A stretch of 63,472 bases of DNA, the filler included, from Intoshia linei (Eukaryota; Animalia; Orthonectida), in the NCBI GenBank assembly GCA_001642005.1. It is 9 parts of 9 records of this genome, joined end to end, with 100 filler letters (N's around TTAATTAATTAA, not from the genome) between each part and the next. Parts side by side here need not be neighbours in the genome. Positions count along the whole stretch, not along the records: positions 1 to 10,053 come from LWCA01001312.1; positions 10,154 to 21,702 come from LWCA01001163.1; 7 more parts are not named here. One strand, written 5' to 3'. A model generated the notes under the pieces. It was not told where the DNA came from and made no database searches. It worked only from the letters and a program-made list of their open reading frames with translations. The position numbers and the translations under genes were made by a program. The stretch's first letter is position 1. Every line of letters starts with the position of its first letter. Shown here piece by piece: positions 1-12,427 of the stretch.

Positions 1-395
1 ATGGTTTAATTCGAAGAGTGAAGAATTTAAAAAAAATATTAGTATTCATGCAGGATAATGCGCATTTCCATTCATCATTTCTGTCGGAAAAGGGCATTAA
101 GGGAACAAACTTAATGATTTGACCTCCTAACAGTCCTGACTTAAACCCAATAGAAAATTATTAGAGCATGATAAAGATGTAATAAGCTTTATAATATTTT
201 AATAATACATTAAATATACCATTTAAAAAGTTATATGCTACTGGGACTCACTATAACTCCCTTAAGATGCTATGGGATGCCATCAAGCAGGCGTCTAGTT
301 CAATCCTACCAAAACAAGTCAAAAAGTTGACCGATTCAGTGGATGATAGGCTTATTAAAATCTTACAATTTCATGGCAACTATATTAAACATTAG
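1..395 (+). mobile_element. Degenerate Tc1-family transposase, C-terminal DDE part
   Basis: Translates to VFMQDNA..H and LMI*PPNSPDLNPIENY*SMIK, the Tc1 WPxxSPDLNPIENxW motif with both Trp codons turned to stops. After an AT-rich interruption it continues KLYATGTHYNSLKMLWDAIKQASSSILPKQVKKLTDSVDDRLIKILQFHGNYIKH*. Confidence 0.88.
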
Positions 396-1089
396 ACCTA
401 CATTTTAATATGTTCCGTTGGATTTATTCATTATTCATATTCATTTTATTTGCATAATATTTTGGTACAATTAGTATTTCTATTATTTAGATTATAGTTA
501 ATTATTTTAATTTAAATGTTTATATTAATATTTTTTTTATTTTTACTACCTGCGCAGACTGTTCAAGTACAATCTCCAAAAAAATTAAAAAATTTACTTT
601 ACTTTTTGTAATGTTTTTACTATTTTTTAATATCTACATAACAAATTGGTACAGTGTGTAGTGGTTAAACAAAACATTCGTTAAATGAGATTTTGACTAT
701 ATAATTACAAACATGTTTATGAGTGTCTCAATAAATTTTTTTAGATTAAATTATATCGTATTATTGTAATTTATTAAAATTGACATCAACGCATTTTTTT
801 AATGACATTCAGTAATCTTAAAATAAATATTAGTGATAAATTTTTAAGATCAATTACAACTAAAAATGCAAAATTTTCATGGTATGTACCTTTTTCACAT
901 AAATATGGTCTCTAAACATTAAAAACACTTCATTTTTGAATGCTGTTAAAATAGTTGTTAACAGCTGCTGTTTTTTTGACAGTAGCGCTGTCTTTGTTAA
1001 CAACACAGTAATGCTGATAACAGCATTTGAGCCATCCCTGCTCATGGCTATTCAGGAAGTTCACATTGTATGAATGTCGAAATAAAATC

Positions 1090-1632
1090 TGTAATCAAAA
1101 ACATTTTCCATGAAGGTCGAACCTAAAAAAATCGGAAATATTGAAGTCCCAGAGAATCGTAAAATTTCTAATAATTTAAATCAACTAAACAGATAAATAT
1201 GGCCCATGTAACATAAACATTAATGATGTTATCACATATTGTGAGAGTAGAAAAAGTGTACCATCTAATTTCGACACTGCTTACATAGTTAATTATGTAG
1301 TAAATGTTTAACAAATAAGAATATTTTTTACAACTAAACGGCTACTAATGACGGTTAGTGATGAAATTTATATTCAGGCTCATGCAACCTATAAGCTGAT
1401 ATGCCAAGGATACCCTGTTCTAATAGCAGGTACGTCGGACATGAATAAAAGATTTCATCCAGTTAACTTAGCAGTTATCACTGAAGAAAAAACCGAAGAC
1501 TACGAATTTCTTTTTAAATCTATTAAATCGGGAATGCTTCAATTAAGCATTGCCAAAGAATTCAACATTCTCGTCGCTGATGCAAGTTATGCTGTAACTA
1601 ATGTAACTTACGACCCTAATGATCATGGTTAA
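1090..1632 (+). mobile_element. MULE (Mutator-like) transposase remnant within a DDX1 intron
   Basis: ORF 1348-1632: IQAHATYKLICQGYPVLIAGTSDMNKRFHPVNLAVITEEKTEDYEFLF...ILVADAS matches the MULE pattern DxTYKL..GYPV...D....FHP...LxADA, with the first Asp changed to His. The upstream frame has stops, so the left boundary is approximate. Confidence 0.8.
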
Positions 1633-1678
1633 TTTAATTTAAATCCAGAATATACAAAATAAAATATAAATAAAATAC

Positions 1679-2379
1679 CATTAAAACATCACCACCTCCC
1701 AAAATTAATGGAATAGACTCCTGCTGTATATCGGTTGGCAGCCTTACAAAATAAAATATTAAAAATTACAAAAATATTACTTCCAATTTAATTCATCAAC
1801 AGCTAATGCCAATTCTGGTATTAATCCCAACTCTAAAATTTCAATAAAATTTTATAAAAAATCAAAATAAAATCAAAGCGTTCTCAGCTACATTCAATAA
1901 TATTGTCGGTGTCTGTTAAAATATAAAAAATATTTTATGTCATGTTATGGTCTCAAACTTTTAAATAGTTTCAAATCTACTTTATTGCATAATCTCAATA
2001 GTCAACATTTTTCATCAATTATTACAAAAGCATTATCAAAATCATAAATTATTGTGGCCTGAAAAAATAAGTACTATCACTTTTAGTTTATTTGTAATAA
2101 ATTTTAAGCCGAAAATTTTTATTCGTCATCATAGATAAGTAATTTTGCCACACTACATAAATAGCATACATTTAGTAAAATTTTTTTATGTTAAATGGTC
2201 ATCTAAAATGTATCATAATTGTGTACAATAAGTACAGAAAATATTTCCATTGAAAAGTGAATCCAACTACACTACTTAAATGCGGAATATAAAACCAACA
2301 AACAATATTGATTGATATTACGTTTGAAAATCAATAAAATGATAATTCAACAAAAATAAATACCGGAAAATGCAGACAT
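1679..2379 (-). CDS. DDX1: ATP-dependent RNA helicase DDX1, first three coding exons (remainder probably beyond the window start)
   Basis: Exons 2379-2364, 1832-1781 and 1742-1679 have GT-AG boundaries and splice in frame to [44 protein letters not shown]. This closely matches the DDX1 N-terminus/Q-motif ([44 protein letters not shown]). Not in the ORF track. Confidence 0.92.
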
Positions 2380-2558
2380 TGATAACTATAATTGGAAAAA
2401 TAGTACAGTAGATTGTAACCACTATTGTAGCATAGTAAACTAATGATTGATAAAACAATTGTAGCAATAATAAATAAAGATAACTTAATATTAAAATATA
2501 GTTAAAAAGATGACAAACAAAAGATTAGAAACTACAAACTGTATACGTCAAATTTAAA
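2380..2558. promoter_or_regulatory. Putative bidirectional promoter, DDX1 / TRAPPC8
   Basis: Only 179 bp separate the two divergent ATGs (2379 on -, 2559 on +). Confidence 0.6.
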
Positions 2559-5500
2559 ATGGATAATTTGGATTCATTGAGAGATGGATTTAATATCAGA
2601 ATTTGTACATTTGCAAGTAATCGAGTGATTGAATATTTAAAAAAAAACTTTCAAAGTTCAATAAATACCTTATTACACCCACATAGTAAATGGAAAGATC
2701 GATTAATATTTCCAGAATTAGATGGCGAAAATATGGAAATTGACATGGTAAATTTGCGATTTTGTGATATTAATGAACCCATTTTTAATATGACACATAT
2801 AGAATGTATGATATCATGTATAGCCGGTTCGAATATAGACTATTCCTTAAATTTTGATCAAATGATTGAAATGCAAAAAAAGATTTTTGAAAAATGTTTA
2901 TTTGGTTCGGAACAATCATTGTCCCAGTTAAATTGTAGTCAAAATTTGAATTTTAAATCAGATGCTTTTACCGATTTTACTAGTCCATTAGAAATAATTC
3001 CACGAAGTGAACATTTATATAGTACGCTTTATGATCTGTTGTTCAGGTACATGTCGACTAATGCTGTAATTTCCATTTTTGATTATTTTTCTACGGTTTT
3101 GTTTGCTAGTTCATCTTGTAAAGATGTTGTGGCTCAATTCAATCAGATGCGGTCAAGTGTAATTGAAAAACAAAATAAAGTGTATCCTCCCAATGAACCA
3201 TTAACACATCGTGAGTGGTTTAAGGATAGTGATATATTTATGTTTGTTTTAATTGTAGAAGACGGCAATGTGAATTATGAGGAGCAATTTAATAATATTA
3301 AAGAATCTTTCGGTACTTCCAATTGTTTTTTGTTGGATTTTAATTCACTCAAGTCTACAAACTTGTGTAACAATATAACAAACAATACTTATCAAAATGT
3401 AATTAGGAAAAAAAGGACCAATAGCCATGTGTCTCAAAATTTAGAAAAGTCTGATAATTCACATGTAACCGGTAAAGACGATGCATCGTGTACATCTTTT
3501 GAATTTGATGATTCCTTTTTCCAAAACATAAAAATGGCGCAGAAAAAATGTGCTGTTTTCGAAAATGTTGAAAAATATTTAACATCACACAACATGGATT
3601 TATTGAAAATTCAAAATTTACGCCAAAATAGCCTGATTCCAGAGTATTTACAAATCCCAGAAATTAAAACTCTCTCATTGGACGAATGCTGCATTATTCA
3701 CAACTTTATCAAGTGGTTAAACATTCATCTCTTAAAATCTCTACAAATTTTAAAAAGAAAACATTACTTGGAATGTAATTTGAAAAAAACCAAGTCATTT
3801 TTCAATTCCACTCTAAATTTCTTTGCTAATGTAAAATCTCCTCCAATTAACCCTGTAATTTCAAAAACTTTTTATACTAAAGATTCCAAAACACTAAAAA
3901 TAATTAGATATGCAGAGTTGTGCTTTCTATTTCAAGATTATCGGGAAGTCAACAGAGTTTTTGTTTTATGTCGAAAAACCTTTCAAGCAGAAGACGCTTG
4001 GTATGAATATGCTTATTGTCAACTAATGATTTGTATTAGTAATCTTTTTTTAACTAAAAATCAAGTCGCCATGAATCAAAATGTTTATTCTTCTTTTCAA
4101 TCTTCTTTTCAGTCGTTTAGATCCTGTCAGCAAATTAATATGACTCGTTTAATGATTGTTATTGGATCAGAAATTTTAAATCGCCATAAAAACTACATTG
4201 ACGTTTCCAAACTTTTTTATAAACATAACAATGATAATAATTCAAATAGTCTTCTTTTGGCAATTTTTATTGAACAGGCTGCTATTGCTCTCATTAAGAA
4301 AAAAAATGTTCCTCTTGTACGTAAATTTCAAATGTATGTTTTACTGGCTGGACACAAGTACTCGAAAGCGTATCTCAAAAACGATGCTATTAAATGTCAT
4401 AGTTTAGTCAGCAAATTGTTTCGTGGGTATAGGTGGAATCTTATTGAAGACCATCTGGACTTTATTTTGGGTAGACAATTCAATTATCTCAAAAATGGTG
4501 ATAATGCTGGTCAGTATTTTTTTAGACTTTTAAAGTACAACAAAAAACAAAGCCATGTTCAACATTCTCAGTATCTTAAAGGATATATTTCTGTTTTTAT
4601 GAAGGTTTTTTTAATTTTAGTCATTTTTAATGTGTTATTTTACCGTAAAGTTAAATTAAGTGTGTTTTTATATTTTTATTTAAATTAAATATTTTAAATT
4701 AGTTTAATAAATAATCTTTAATTATAATATTTTAAATGTAACCTTAATGTTATGATTATGGAGTGATAATTTAGTAAATTAGGAAAATCCCCTTTTTCCA
4801 ATATTTATTTGTTTTAATAACATTTAATTAGTTGAATCGAATGCAATTGAAAAATACAAATGATCCTATCATTTTAAGAAAATGTCCAATACCTCTAATA
4901 AACATGGAAAAAATAAAAATATCGGCATGTAGATGTGACGAAGAATCTGAAATTTGTAATTTAAAAGAAAAAATAAAGGGTACATATTTGGAAAAAACAT
5001 TTACAGATTTTAAATTTTTTGATGAAACATTGACACACGAAATTGTGGAATCGATTGAAACCCCTACAATACTTTATTCAAATGAAGACGCAATAATAAA
5101 CTTGGAATTGGAAAATCCTTTAGCATCAAATATTTGGTTATTTGACATTACACTTTTATGGCAACTAAAACAACCCATTTCATTGATTGAACCGAACTGT
5201 AAAGATTTCATTATCTACTCCAACATTGATCAAAAAATCAACAAAATTGATGATGATAATGCTCTGGAATGCGTTTACAATGAATCATATGTAGTACAAT
5301 CCAATATAGCAAATATTAAAATAAATGGACTAGAATCTAAAAAATGCCCATTTACTTTTAAATGTTTATCTGAACAGGGAATGTTGAAAATAACGGGTAT
5401 AAAATTTGTTATTTGTTCGAACCAATCCGTATCAATTTCAAACCCTGGATTACATTCGTACGTCTTGTTTGATAAGAAAGTACAGGATAAACCATTTCAT

Positions 5501-8500
5501 TTAATTAAAGATCAACGAATGACATTTAAAGTGGTTCCCCATGAAAGCCGAATGACGGTTAAAATTAATAATTCACTTAAAGTTTTTTTTGCGGGACAAA
5601 CTCTTCAATTTTCTTTTTCTGTTAAAAACATTGGTCAAGTTGACGAAATTAAGCCAACGTTGATTGTTTATTTGTTAAACCACTCTACAAATGATCTCAT
5701 TTATGAATCAAACGATAATCCTGATTCTCAACCTCTAAAATGTATTGATTTGAATGGGAATTTAGATAATGTTACTAGTAACATTGAATCTGATAAATTA
5801 ATTATATGTATGCCTAATAATTTGTTACCTAATGCTGAATTTACTTCTAAATTTTATTTTACTTGTTATACCATCGGTGCCAATGTCAGCAAAAGCTTTC
5901 TATTTGTTTATGAAACTTTAAGCGGTCATGTTAGGTAATTTTAATCTATCGATCATGTTATGGTATTTTAGATATGTTTTGAAAAGTTTATCGTTTAATT
6001 CATTGAAATCAATTGAATTGAATGCCAATCTATCACGCGAAAAGTCTCCTTGTTCAGATTTTGGATGCGATAAATTTAATCTTAAATTAAATATTATTAA
6101 TCGTGTAATTTAATTTATTCATTACTTAGTGCTTAATGTATTTAAAATATGTATATGTTAATAAAAAGTTTTTAATTATAGGCTCAAAGCACGCTGGTAG
6201 ATCATGTGAATGTTTATAAATTATTCTTATTGGGTGAAAAATACACCCTTCAACCTTTAAAATATAATTATATTACCGACAAAGAAATTAAACCTGGAAA
6301 TTTATTAAATATTAATTTAAATGTTCAAGAAATTAATTCATCCAGTGATAAATGTATTTTTTTTATTATATTTCTGTTTTGGTAGATAGCCAACACATTC
6401 TATTCGGAAAGGTGGACAATTAATACTTTTTTTATTTTGACAGCTATAAACGATACTGATTTATAAAATATACACATTGAAGACATAAACTAAGTTAATT
6501 AATAGTTAATGAATTAGATAACTTATTTTATACAAATAAAATAATTACTAATTTGTACCAGCACAAAAATATAATACATAATAAAAATTCACATACGTGA
6601 CAGGTAATTCGTACCAATTAAATCTAAATTTTTTTATTCGTCTAAAGGGACTAGTTTGAGAATTTGTACATTATTTGATAAATATTTATTAGATTCTAAG
6701 GATGTTTTACGTAATGATTTTTTGGAAAATTTGTCAAAGGTAATTTTTATTAGTGTTCTTATAGATCAGTGGTTCCCAAAGTAGGAGATATCGTCCCAGA
6801 GGGGGTGATTTAAAAAATATATTATACTCGTCAGGGATGTGGAGAGTGAGTAGTAGGTCTGTGTTAAATGGAAATTATAGGCCCTATCAAAAATGGAGCC
6901 TTTTTAAATTGCTTAATCGATCGATCATTGTCTAAAAATTCAAAATAACCGTTCGTTATCGAAATTTTGGCATATTTAACAAATTTTTAAATATTACCCA
7001 TTAAAAATTTGGGCCCCGGACCATGTGGCCTCTAATCACCTTCCCATGGTCCTGGTACTAGTATATTATAATATAATTTTCATTAATATTATTATTTATT
7101 ATATACATATGTATTTCATAATCAGTTGAATCAAAAAAAATTGGTTAAAAAATTATAATTGAGTAAATTTTAAAATGACATACGAAGTAGTCGAAAATTT
7201 GAAGGGGCTTTGAAAAAATATATTGCTAAAAATTTGGCGGTAGACCAAATCAGTTTGTAAACCCGTTATGTATTAACATAATTAAATGATAAATATACAT
7301 TAGCGAAATCAATTAACATTTAACTTGTTAAAAAAGTAAGTTTTCATTGACATTTAGCCTTAGAAGTAGCGAGTAGCGAGAAATATCAAATCTTATCAGG
7401 AAATTCCAAACTAATAATATACAGTACTTTATCGTTGGGTTCTCAACTATAGTTCATTTTTAATAACAATGTTAATTTTTAAAAATTCCTAAATATTTAT
7501 TTACAAACTTGGTTTTCACTCGTTAATTTAGAGAAACATTGTAACTAAATACGATATAAACAAATTACTAACAAGGACATACATAAAACAACGACATAAA
7601 GCTACTAATGTTGAATATGATTTGAATGAACTAACCTGGAGGAATGAAAATATTAAAACTAGTGAAATTATTGACACTGTGTTGAATATGAAAAGTACAA
7701 ACTTTGGAATATTGGTTTTGTGGCATGTAAATTAATTTAAAAAATATTAATTGTAGATATAATAAAAAGTATTAATTTTAATGTAGATAAAAATATTAAC
7801 AAACAAATTGATATACGGAGTACATTATCTGCGTGTGAATGAACTTTATAAAAATATATCTACCGAAAATTTACCAAACGTTCAACGTGAACCGCCTATT
7901 GTTACATTTAATGATAAATTTCATCCATATAATTTAATTCCTCCGTTAATTAGACAAAATTTAATTATTTATTATTTTCAATCAAAACCAGAAATCTGCA
8001 ACAATTTCAATATAGAGAGGTTTTTAAATATTTATTAGTTTTAAAGTACATTTTACATTAGATTAACATTATTAGACGTTACAATGCACGTTCGTAATTG
8101 TACCGAATTATCAGTTGAATATATGATAAGACAAGCTAATGAAGATGATAGAATCGCTATTAAACCAAAGTAAAATGATTTTTTTAATTGCATTAATAGT
8201 ATAATTTTTAGTGAATACAAGTTGGAATCTATTAACATTAATAACAAATCACTCCATATAATTAATGAAATCAAAAATGATTCATTTCGAAATAGTACAC
8301 CAAATATTGACGACACAGAAAATTCAGAAAAAGAAGAAATATGTTCAAATTTTTCAATTCGATCTCTATGTATTTCTTCGGACCACAAAGAAATATTGCT
8401 GCCGAAGGAGTCAAAGCAAATTTCATTTCAAATAGCCTTTGAATCAATCGGTACATATGATATATCCTCTGCATTCAAAATTAATGCTAGAGTTACCAAA

Positions 8501-8632
8501 TTGAAGAAAATTATGACGGAATTTGAAGTACAAACCAACCTGCCTCATTATGTGCATATAAAAAATCAGATATTACAATCGAGTGAATTTAAAAAGACAA
8601 ATAGTTTAAATAATATATCAAATATACCTTGA
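2559..8632 (+). CDS. TRAPPC8: Trafficking protein particle complex subunit 8 (Trs85)
   Basis: Motifs EQAA...RKFQMYVLLAGHKYSKA and WNLIEDHLDFILGRQ are typical of TRAPPC8. In-frame GT-AG exon chain: 2559-4604, 4832-5934, 5972-6104, 6182-6353, 6693-6739, 7532-7726, 7787-8019, 8062-8169, 8212 (or 8200)-8632. Confidence 0.88.
6767..7268. mobile_element. Degenerate Buster-type hAT MITE with a second hAT MITE nested at ~6832-7053 (TRAPPC8 intron)
   Basis: Left end CAGTGGTTCCCAAA with a decayed right end near 7250-7268. The inner element runs CAGGGATG...GGTCCTG, flanked by atactcgt/gtactagt, and its sequence recurs at ~34684-34860. Confidence 0.55.
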
Positions 8633-8664
8633 TTTTACAAAAATTTATTTTCAAAATTAATATA

Positions 8665-9904
8665 TTACGCACTCTGAGATTTAGGGTGTCTGATTGTTTG
8701 GTCAACAGAGAGTATCATGCAAGCAACTTCGGTTGCAGCGGATATTACATTTTCTTTGATTAGAGAAGGTTCCCAAACAAACGCATCATAATTGTTGGCT
8801 ATCATTCCATTCTTAACATCAACACCGAAATATTTTCCATCTTTTTTATCTAAATTCATTAATATTGATGCATTAATTGACGAGATTACCTGTATTGTGT
8901 TTGTATCGTAATTTATTCAAAATATAACTTGGTTCAAAACCAGAATTGATTATCAACTGGCGCGGTATTATTTCCAAAGCTTTTGCCCATGCCAACATGA
9001 TTAATTGGGTTTTATCGGAAACCGTATTAGCAGTTTCACGAACTTGTGAAGATAAGTGCATTTCAGTAGCTCCACCGCCTAAATCTTAATAATTCATGGA
9101 TTTTTAATAGATACCAGCAACAATGGTTTCAAATTCAGATGTTCGGCAAACCACCATTATTGAATCATGCATGGATCTAACACTTTCATCTATGAATTGT
9201 TCTGTTCCTCCTCTCATGATTATTGTCGCTGAATGTGCATCTGAACAACCAGTAAAGAAATTGAATCTAAAAATGAATTAAATCACTTAGAGAAAATAAT
9301 AAAATTATTTATAAACAGGACCTTTACAAATTTTTTGACAATATACCTTTCAGACCCAACTTGTTTTTCTTCAAAAAGAGCACATTTGCCCATTTGAATT
9401 TCTTTGATTCCATTTGAAATAGATGTTAAAATTGCACCTCCACATGCAGATTGAGTTCTCATCATATCTTCATCAGTTACACGCCCGGCGCAAAACATGT
9501 TCCTAAATATAGATGACAATATTATTAATTACATGAATGTTGTATGTTTTTTAAAATATACCTATCAGCAAAGTATTGAGTAGCTACATCACCAATTGGC
9601 AATTTAGATAAAACTATATTAACTCCAGCTTTGTGACATATTTCCATTTTATCATACAAAATTTTCCACTCCGCGTCTACTATTGCTTGATAATCCTATA
9701 ATTAAAAAAAATTATTAATAAATTATCATAGTTTATTACTTTTGTATTGTCAACTCGAACTTCTGCATTAGCACGTTCAGACTTTAATTCCAATTCAATG
9801 TTCAATAAAGCTATCTTGGGGTTTTCGTATTTTTTTGACTGCATTTCAAAACCTGCATATGAAAATGTTTTTTTAAAGGCCACTCCATGAACCAGAACAG
9901 AATC
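8665..9904 (-). CDS. CCT7: T-complex protein 1 subunit eta, 3' half (5' exons lost at the gap)
   Basis: [71 protein letters not shown] and VWEP are CCT7 motifs. Introns 9696-9739, 9503-9561, 9267-9346, 9079-9114 and 8850-8889 are all GT-AG and in frame. Confidence 0.95.
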
Positions 9905-9934
9905 CTAAATCAAATCATTAAAAACATAAGAAAT

Positions 9935-10053
9935 ATAGCATTAAGTAATCAGACATGCTTGTCGTTTATAATCATAAAATACGTTCAAAATCATATATTA
10001 TATAGCATCAGGTATTCAGACATATGCTTGTCGTTTATAATCATGAAATATGT
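9935..10053. repeat. Short tandem duplication abutting the gap
   Basis: cagaca(ta)tgcttgtcgtttataatcat(a/g)aaata(c/t)gt occurs twice, about 68-70 nt apart. Confidence 0.7.
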
Positions 10054-10153
10054 NNNNNNNNNNNNNNNNNNNNNNNNNNNNNNNNNNNNNNNNNNNNTTA
10101 ATTAATTAANNNNNNNNNNNNNNNNNNNNNNNNNNNNNNNNNNNNNNNNNNNN
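10054..10153. other. Artificial scaffold linker (also 21703-21802, 28394-28493, 41360-41459, 44437-44536, 48005-48104, 53881-53980, 61086-61185)
   Basis: Identical 44N + TTAATTAATTAA (stops in all six frames) + 44N at eight positions. Confidence 0.97.
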
Positions 10154-10457
10154 TAAGATGTGAAATTGGGAGGTTGAAATTTATCTTATTATACGTCCTG
10201 GAAAAAATTGTAACTGAAATGTGATCTTTAAAAAATTCTAAGACTGGTAGTAAGTGGACAAACAAATATTGCATAGCATATTATATAAGTATGGACTATC
10301 AATTTTAGTTTATTTGGTGTTAAATTTAAAGCCAAAACTACTTATCTATGATCACAAATAAAAATTTTTGGCTTAAAATTTATTTGAAATAAACTAAAAT
10401 AGATAATCCTTACTTATATGATCCAATGATGAATGATAAATGACCAAAAATACATAC

Positions 10458-12427
10458 CTGTACAAATATATCGTCCAGTATCACCAGGTATAATGTCTAA
10501 ATAATGATAAAATGACATAATAAAGATAATATAAAACGACATATCAACAAAACTTACCATTAATAATTAAATGTCTTCCATAAGTAGATTCATCAGGATT
10601 CTCATCATTAACTTCAAATTGTATAAGGATTCTATTGTTTCCATCAAAAAAATTTGGTTGAATGTGAGTAACAACATTTATAAGTGATTGATCAGAGTTT
10701 TTATCATTCTTGTACCATCTGATACTATCCACATAAATATCAAATTGTGAAGCTGTACACTCTAATTTAACTCGGCTATTGATGGGTTGGTAATATATTT
10801 GTCCTTGGGTAATTATTTCCTTTTCGGCATAAAGCCCTAAAACAAAAGTATTTAAAATCATTAATTGTACATTTATTAAAATTAACATTATAATATTAAA
10901 GATTAAATTTGAATGTTTATAAAAATGCAAACATTAATTTAACCCAAACGACAAAATATAAACATTCTTTTTAAACAAATGTTTTCCGCTACAGATAATG
11001 TGACATTTTTTATTTTCTTTTCCGTTTAATGAACTTTATCTTTTCCCACCAGATGTAACAAAGTGTATAATTACAAATATTTCATTTTAAATAATTTGTA
11101 ACTCTATAAGACCAATTTGTGTGTCATACAATTATAATAGACATTTGTAATTAGATGTACGTTGTACACATGTTGTCAATTTTTTATAAACTAATTGAAA
11201 TATAATATAAAACCGATTTCATTTATTCAATTTTTGAAATGAATCCAATTTAGGTTTTAAATTAAAATTTTATTCTATTTTTCATCACTTTTTATTCTTT
11301 AATTAAGCTAAAATCAAATCAATTTTGTTAATTCTGGGTCAATTTTACGGTATATTAAGATTAACAACATATCTATTAGTAATTATCACTCAATGTCGAT
11401 TAAAATTTACAAATTTTACTAAATCCTATTAAATTGCTTTAATTAATATATTTCATAAGCGAAATCAATAAATGAATCCGATTAAGTTGCCCAATTTTTC
11501 AAGAGGAAAATAAATAAATTGAATAATGTGTTTTACATTAAAAACGAAAATTTTTTTATTTTTAATATAATAAACAGTTAAGGCTCATGAAATATGAAAA
11601 AATGACGAATTAATTAATTAAAAATATAAATAGCGTACGTCTAATATCATACCAAAAAGATTATAAATGTTGATACCAATCTACCGTGCCTAAACTTCTC
11701 TTCGGGTATCTACGAACATTTTGTGTAATGGGAAAGGGGGGTAATTTTTTTAAATTTAACCTTCAAAAACGCTATTTCCATTATTTTTCATTTTGGGGTG
11801 CGTAGTAACTTGGTATGTTCGGATCTGGTTATATATAAATAATTAAATATACATGTATAAGGAAGTATGTGGTATATGACGAATATGAGTCATCACTAAG
11901 ATTCAAAATAAATTAGGTAAACATTAATTTTGAAAAACGAAGTTTACAAGCAAACATGGTAAGCCTACATACACTAGACCAGTGCTTCGCAAGGTGGTCC
12001 ATGTGGACCATTACCGAACCACGGAAAATTTTGTTATAAATTATATTCTCAATTACGGTAGATACAGCTTTGTGTCAATCGTTACTTTACTTTTTCACTG
12101 CACATTTTTCTTATACACTTCTTCATGGCTACTTCAAACAAAATTTTGGGCAACCTGGTAAAATAATAATGGAAATTTCAATGAGTTTAGGTTATACAAC
12201 GTAAAATATTCGTTTTTAAAAAATTTGTTCATTCATTGATCATTTATACTGGTTCACAGAGTTAAAAATGTTGAGAAACATTGAATTAGGTATATACTGG
12301 ATTAATAACACGGATTAACAGTTAAAATTAAAATTATTAAAAAATGAACAATTAAATAATTGAATTCATAAATAAATTTACCTTGAATAGAAAAAAGGAG
12401 AAAAAAAAAGAAATGTAAATAATTCAT
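10458..12427 (-). CDS. Secreted/cell-surface immunoglobulin-superfamily protein, 5' part
   Basis: Exon 12427-12382 encodes a signal peptide (MNYLHFFFFLLFSIQG). It splices in phase 1 to exon 10836-10558 (LYAEKE..VKLECTAS..IRWYK..HLIIN) and exon 10496-10458 (DIIPGDTGRYICT), giving the canonical Ig C..W..DxGxYxC. Downstream exons are lost at the gap. Confidence 0.8.
11980..12283. mobile_element. Degenerate Buster-type hAT MITE in Ig-gene intron 1
   Basis: Imperfect TIRs CAGTGCTTCGCAA...TTGAGAAACATTG; TSD eroded. Confidence 0.55.

Noticed and set aside
119-164. TGA/TAG at conserved Trp positions suggesting an alternative genetic code
   Set aside because: Occurs in a dead transposon. Host genes use TGG for Trp and TAA/TGA as normal stops.
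860-1045. 61-aa minus-strand ORF as a DDX1 exon
   Set aside because: No frame matches the expected AAETGSGKT or SPRY sequence; probably TE debris.
6386-6411. Extra TRAPPC8 micro-exon after a 32-nt intron
   Set aside because: Including it breaks phase with the next exons; direct 6353-to-6693 splicing keeps the frame.
10098-10109. Recurrent TTAATTAATTAA palindrome, eight copies
   Set aside because: Always centred in exactly 44+44 Ns; an artificial six-frame-stop linker, not biology.
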